A stretch of DNA of 64,000 bases from Hyphomicrobiales bacterium (GTDB taxonomy: Bacteria > Pseudomonadota > Alphaproteobacteria > Rhizobiales > Beijerinckiaceae). The notes below the pieces were generated by a model, which did not search any database, was not told the origin of the DNA, and worked only from the letters and a program-made list of their open reading frames with translations. Of this stretch, positions 60,901 to 64,000 are shown in pieces. The position numbers and the translations under genes were made by a program. The stretch is from assembly GCA_031378805.1 (NCBI GenBank), contig JANNEO010000002.1:1170-65169 (forward strand), in the 5' to 3' direction. The stretch's first letter is position 1, and each line of letters begins with the position of its first letter.

Positions 60901-62413
60901 GCTTCGAAATGATCTCGAACCGGCCGTCAACGTTTCCGGCCGTTTCAGCGCTGCCGAGAAGCAGCAGCCCTCCTTGCCGCAGCGCGAAGTGAAACAGCGC
61001 AATCACTTTCGCCTGCGCTTCCGGTCCGAGGTAAATCAGGAGGTTGCGGCACGAGATAAAATCGATGCGCGAGAACGGCGGGTCCGACAGCACGTCCTGC
61101 ACCGTGAACACCACGCTGGCGCGCAGTTCCGGTGACACTTTATAACCATTCTCTTCCTTCGAGAAGAACCGGGCGAGGCGATCGGCAGACACGTCCGCTG
61201 CAATGGTCGCGGGGTAGAGTCCGTCGCGTGCCAGGGCCACGGCGTCGGCATCGACATCCGACGCGAAGATCTGCAGCTTCACATTGCGCTTCGACGCCGT
61301 GATCTCCTCACGCAGCAGCATGGCGAGAGAGTAGGTTTCCTCCCCCGTGCTGCAACCCGCGATCCAGATGCGCAGGGGCTGGTCGGCGACGTGGGCGCGC
61401 AGCATGTCAGGCACAGTGGTCTTTGCGAGATAGTCGAAGATCTTGGGATCGCGGAAGAAACTGGTGACGTTGATCAGCAGATCTTTCGCCAGCAGTTCCA
61501 GTTCCGCCGGGTCCGACGTCAAGGATACCAGATATCCCGCCATGTCATGGACGGGGCCAGCGCTCATGGCCATGCGCCGCTCGATGCGGCGTTTCAGTGT
61601 GCCCTGCTTGTAGAGCGTGAAATCATGCGATGTCTGGGTACGCAGCAGATCGATGATCGCAGCCAGACCGTCATCGCTCTTGTTCGCAGCACGCTGGCTC
61701 CTTGCGGCCGCTGGCTTGCCTTTGTGATTGCCATGCTTCGCCAAGGCAGCCGGAATCGCCGACACCCTCAGCGTAAGGTCAACCGCTCCCGTCAAGATGG
61801 CACTGCGGGGCATACCATCATACTCCGCCTCCTGGGGTTCCTGTGCGATGACGAAGCCCCCCCTGGCTTTCACCGCTTTCACGCCTTCGCTGCCGTCGGA
61901 TCCGGTCCCAGAAAGGATGACGCAAGCTGTCCGCGCCGCGCAATCTTCCGCAAGCGAGCGCAGAAGGAAATCGAATGGCAGGCGAGCGCCGTGCCGCGCC
62001 TCCGGTTCGGACAGATGCAGCGTTCCGCTGGCGACCGAAAGGTAAGCACCGGGAGGGATGACATAGAGATGGTCGGGTGCGAGCAACACGCCTTCAGCGG
62101 CCTGGCTGACCGTCATCTTCGTATGGCTGGCCAGCAGATCGACCAGCAGGCTGTCGTGGTTCGGATCAAGGTGCTGGACGAGGATGAACGCCATCCCGGT
62201 GTTGTCGGGCGTGGCATCGATGAGCTTGCGGCAGGCGTCCAGACCGCCTGCGGATGCGCCGATGGCAACAATCAGAAAATCAGCCGCGCCGGATGGCGGG
62301 CCGCGCGCTGCGACATGGCGGCGGGCCAAGCCGGGTTGCTTTGGCCGCTGTCCGGATCGGCCTTCGGAGGTTTTCGGCATGTCTGTCCTGACGGGAATGT
62401 CCCACAAGGTCAT
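57920..62413 (-). CDS. multidomain signalling protein: CheB methylesterase - CheR methyltransferase - PAS - coiled coil - PAS - HisKA/HATPase - REC - REC - LuxR/FixJ HTH
   Basis: Domain motifs, N- to C-terminus:
- CheB: IVAIGASAGGLDA...ILVQHLDPNH.
- CheR: RIWIAGCSTGEETYSLAMLL.
- Coiled coil: EEQKAVNEEALSVNEEFQSTNEELLTSKEELQSLNEELTALNNQLQE.
- H-box: FLAAASHDLRQPLQ.
- HATPase: IWDTGIGIP...GLGLGLAIV.
- REC1: ILVVEDDPD...DLVIADYNLPNGMDG.
- REC2 plus HTH: VYVVDDD...LLIDAYLPGMNG...LTVRQKQIMDLVLAGHPSKNIAADLGISQRTVENHR.

No TM segment. Confidence 0.85.
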   Translation of the reverse strand: MTLWDIPVRTDMPKTSEGRSGQRPKQPGLARRHVAARGPPSGAADFLIVAIGASAGGLDACRKLIDATPDNTGMAFILVQHLDPNHDSLLVDLLASHTKMTVSQAAEGVLLAPDHLYVIPPGAYLSVASGTLHLSEPEARHGARLPFDFLLRSLAEDCAARTACVILSGTGSDGSEGVKAVKARGGFVIAQEPQEAEYDGMPRSAILTGAVDLTLRVSAIPAALAKHGNHKGKPAAARSQRAANKSDDGLAAIIDLLRTQTSHDFTLYKQGTLKRRIERRMAMSAGPVHDMAGYLVSLTSDPAELELLAKDLLINVTSFFRDPKIFDYLAKTTVPDMLRAHVADQPLRIWIAGCSTGEETYSLAMLLREEITASKRNVKLQIFASDVDADAVALARDGLYPATIAADVSADRLARFFSKEENGYKVSPELRASVVFTVQDVLSDPPFSRIDFISCRNLLIYLGPEAQAKVIALFHFALRQGGLLLLGSAETAGNVDGRFEIISKPERLYRHIGRARPGDVGFALSKGDGRAVVKSGSTVAAPSRQTALAELARRMALKTYAPALVLINRKMECLYFLGPTARYLHHAEGHPTNELLGMVPQEARVKLRAAIQQVTPQSPYASVDGALVDPSSGAHAFTIEVHSLNHEGEELLLVGFLEAARKSHPMVSAPPSRSATGRTKPGIEPSPDDHTRITDLERELETTRTELHAAIHNLEMASEEQKAVNEEALSVNEEFQSTNEELLTSKEELQSLNEELTALNNQLQETLDRQRTTSKDLQNVLYSTDVATLFLDRDLNIRFFTPATKSLFNVIPGDVGRPLADLHSLAADTQLATDARSVLKDLAPVDREIETKTDVWFTRRILPYRNHDKHVEGVVITFTDISERKRIRKALEEAKLEAEQANRAKSRFLAAASHDLRQPLQTIAFVQGLLARTVQGEKAQNLVKRLDDTLHAMSGMLNALLDINQIESGVVRAEIVSYSLNDLFERLREEFSYHAEAKALKLRIVPCKHIIHTDPRLLEQMIRNLLTNAIKYTRSGRVLLGCRRRAGSLSIEIWDTGIGIPDTELQTIFEEYHQLDNAARERSRGLGLGLAIVQRLVTLLGYRVHVRSRLGKGSVFAIEIALPADGVDPPTSVASDVGAITSSSEVAGKGCTILVVEDDPDVRELLALLLEAEGHQVTTAFDGLAALELVEKGMLKPDLVIADYNLPNGMDGLQVAAKLKNASKRALPVIILTGDISTKTLAEIARSDCVHLNKPVQLKKMMAVIETLLSAPQLMPASTMAKPMRVASSPTSDMVYVVDDDQNICDTLRALLEDKGYEAMTFATSEAFLEHYQPDQGGCLLIDAYLPGMNGFALLQQLSDANDPLPAIMITGNSDVPMAVQAMKAGAIDFIEKPVSSVDLLASIERALEQSRDVSKVAQWRTEAQSHVAGLTVRQKQIMDLVLAGHPSKNIAADLGISQRTVENHRNAIMTRTGCKSLPALARLALAAAPQADRAKN

Positions 62414-62544
62414 AGCATGGACGCAGAGTCACGGCTTGAATGTCGTCAACGGTGGCATGAGCGTGAAAGTTCCCGGCAAATTGAGTAGATTCAGATCCTT
62501 CGCATCACGCGTTGCGGCAGTGCCTTATCCTCCCCCTCCCATGA

Positions 62545-63258
62545 ATGCCGCGAAAGCACCGGATAAATGACGTGACAGAACATAGGCGATACAACCACGG
62601 CAGTATCCGCCAGCTTGCGGCAATTGTGCTCGCCCTGGCCATGGGGAGTTGCGTCGGCGTAGTTCCCCCGGGATCCTATCAGCCAAGGTCTTTCGTGGGC
62701 AATGACATCGCTCCGCAGGTCGCAGCGCTTTATTCCGCCGTTCCCGATGAGCGATTTCCCATACCGGAAGTCGATTTCAACGACGTTGATACCAGTTTTC
62801 TGCGCAGCGTCGTGCGATTCCCCACACCGGAGCCTCCCGGCACCCTCATCATCAGCACATCACGCCATACGCTTCATCTGGTTCTTCCCGATGGGCTTGC
62901 CGTGCGCTACGGCGTTGGCGTCGGCAAGGAAGGGCTCGAATGGAGCGGGCGCGCCGAAGTGGGTCGCAAGGCAGAATGGCCGCGCTGGACGCCGACGGCG
63001 GACATGGTCAGGCGCGATCCCGTACGCAATGCAAAATGGAGCGGTGGCATGGATCCCGGCCTTGAAAACCCGCTCGGTGCGCGCGCGCTCTACCTGCACC
63101 GCGAAGGACGCGACACACTCTATCGCATCCACGGAACAAACGACCCTTCGAGCATCGGACTTTCGGTTTCCAGTGGATGCATCCGCATGTTCAATCAGGA
63201 CGTGATCGATCTCTACAACCGCGTTCCGGTCGGTTCACGCGTGATCGTCGGACCGTAG
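62545..63258 (+). CDS. L,D-transpeptidase (YkuD domain), lipoprotein-type signal
   Basis: LALAMGSC is a lipobox-like sequence. Catalytic region HGTNDPSSIGLSVSSGCIRMFNQDV. Confidence 0.85.
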   Translation: MPRKHRINDVTEHRRYNHGSIRQLAAIVLALAMGSCVGVVPPGSYQPRSFVGNDIAPQVAALYSAVPDERFPIPEVDFNDVDTSFLRSVVRFPTPEPPGTLIISTSRHTLHLVLPDGLAVRYGVGVGKEGLEWSGRAEVGRKAEWPRWTPTADMVRRDPVRNAKWSGGMDPGLENPLGARALYLHREGRDTLYRIHGTNDPSSIGLSVSSGCIRMFNQDVIDLYNRVPVGSRVIVGP

Positions 63259-63522
63259 GATGAAGCTGCGGTAAAGCAGCCTGCTGATCTGGTTGCACCA
63301 GTTTCAGGCCCCGATCCTCAAGGAGGACTGTCTGAGTAGATTCCGGCCCTGCGGCGGGGATTGCCCATTGCGGTAGACCTTTGTTTGGCCGGGCCTGTTC
63401 TTCCGAAGCGCCTTTGGCGGTTTGGAAGTTCCCCACCTTTTGGGCCTCACGCCACACTTGGGGTTCGGTTCGCAAGGACTGAACCCCCTTTTCGAATTCA
63501 GCCGCCGTTGAAGGAGCCCGTC

Positions 63523-64000
63523 ATGCACGCCACCCGCAACACACTCGACGAGAAGATACGCATCCAGTCCGTCGCGTTGCTGAACAAGCATCTTGCAACG
63601 GCGATCGACCTGCATGCCCAGGTGAAACAGGCGCACTGGAATGTGCGAGGGGCCAACTTCATTGCAATCCACAAGCTGTTCGACACAGTGTCGGAGGAGG
63701 TCGAGAGCTTTTCCGACATGCTGGCCGAGCGGGCCGGTGGTCTGGGCGGAACTGCCGATGGCACGATCCAGATGGCGGCAGAACGCACGTCGCTGATCGC
63801 TTATCCGCTTGGCGTGGCGGACGAGCAGAAGCACATCTTCGCCGTTTCCGGTGCCCTCGCCGCTTTTAGTGAGGGTGCCCGCGAAGCGAGCGCGGCGGCC
63901 ACGGCTTTCGGCGATGTTGATACGGCTGATCTTTTCACGCAGGTGTCACGCGGGATCGACCTTCAGCTGTGGTTTGTCGAGTCTCACACGGCTCCAAAAC
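63523..64000 (+). CDS. dps: Dps (DNA starvation/stationary-phase protection protein), 3' end truncated by the window
   Basis: This ORF is not in the ORF track because it has no stop in the window. AAGGAG RBS at 63511-63516 and ATG at 63523. Motifs LNKHLATAIDLHAQVKQAHWNVRGANFIAIHKLFD and DLFT. Confidence 0.85.
   Translation, partial: MHATRNTLDEKIRIQSVALLNKHLATAIDLHAQVKQAHWNVRGANFIAIHKLFDTVSEEVESFSDMLAERAGGLGGTADGTIQMAAERTSLIAYPLGVADEQKHIFAVSGALAAFSEGAREASAAATAFGDVDTADLFTQVSRGIDLQLWFVESHTAPK

Overview
This looks like a chromosomal segment of a GC-rich alphaproteobacterium, with gene content and synteny typical of Hyphomicrobiales/Rhizobiales. Hand counts of typical 60-nt lines give about 60% G+C.

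About 48 kb is densely packed housekeeping. It includes pyrF, nrdR-ribH-nusB-thiL, ychF, ftsH, deoB, a yejABEF-type peptide ABC importer with two binding proteins, cycM-kdsB-pheA, nudC plus a HIT gene, and hisZ-hisG. It also includes an ALDH7/FAD-oxidase pair, a sugar-type ABC operon, mutM, ubiE-ubiB, coaBC-dut and an Rrf2 regulator with cysK.

A tRNA-Arg(CCG) at 48644-48720 marks the change to accessory-looking content:
- A compositionally aberrant two-gene islet encoding a lipoprotein and a membrane-anchored Mrr/PD-(D/E)xK nuclease.
- An Acg-type nitroreductase translationally coupled to a TPCP-motif P1B ATPase.
- A short-Q-loop cytochrome bd (cio-like) oxidase operon.
- An NAD(P)HX dehydratase.
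- A 1497-aa cytoplasmic CheB-CheR-PAS-histidine kinase-REC protein carrying a complete FixJ/NarL-type response regulator fused to its C-terminus.
- An L,D-transpeptidase and a partial dps at the window edge.

Other points worth a second look:
- A vapBC-type TA module is wedged into the conserved ubiB-coaBC junction, with a 4-half-site operator.
- A Zur-box-like palindrome sits in front of an orphan AztD-like periplasmic protein.
- A Pro/Cys-rich protein carries three 20-aa CVFP repeats.
- Two families of palindromic intergenic repeats are present, one of which embeds the Shine-Dalgarno sequences of ABC permease genes.

I saw no CRISPR array, rRNA, transposase or integrase. I cannot point to a clearly new multi-gene system. 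The fused phosphorelay protein and the tRNA-adjacent nuclease islet are my best candidates. All functional calls come from motif recognition by eye, not from searches.
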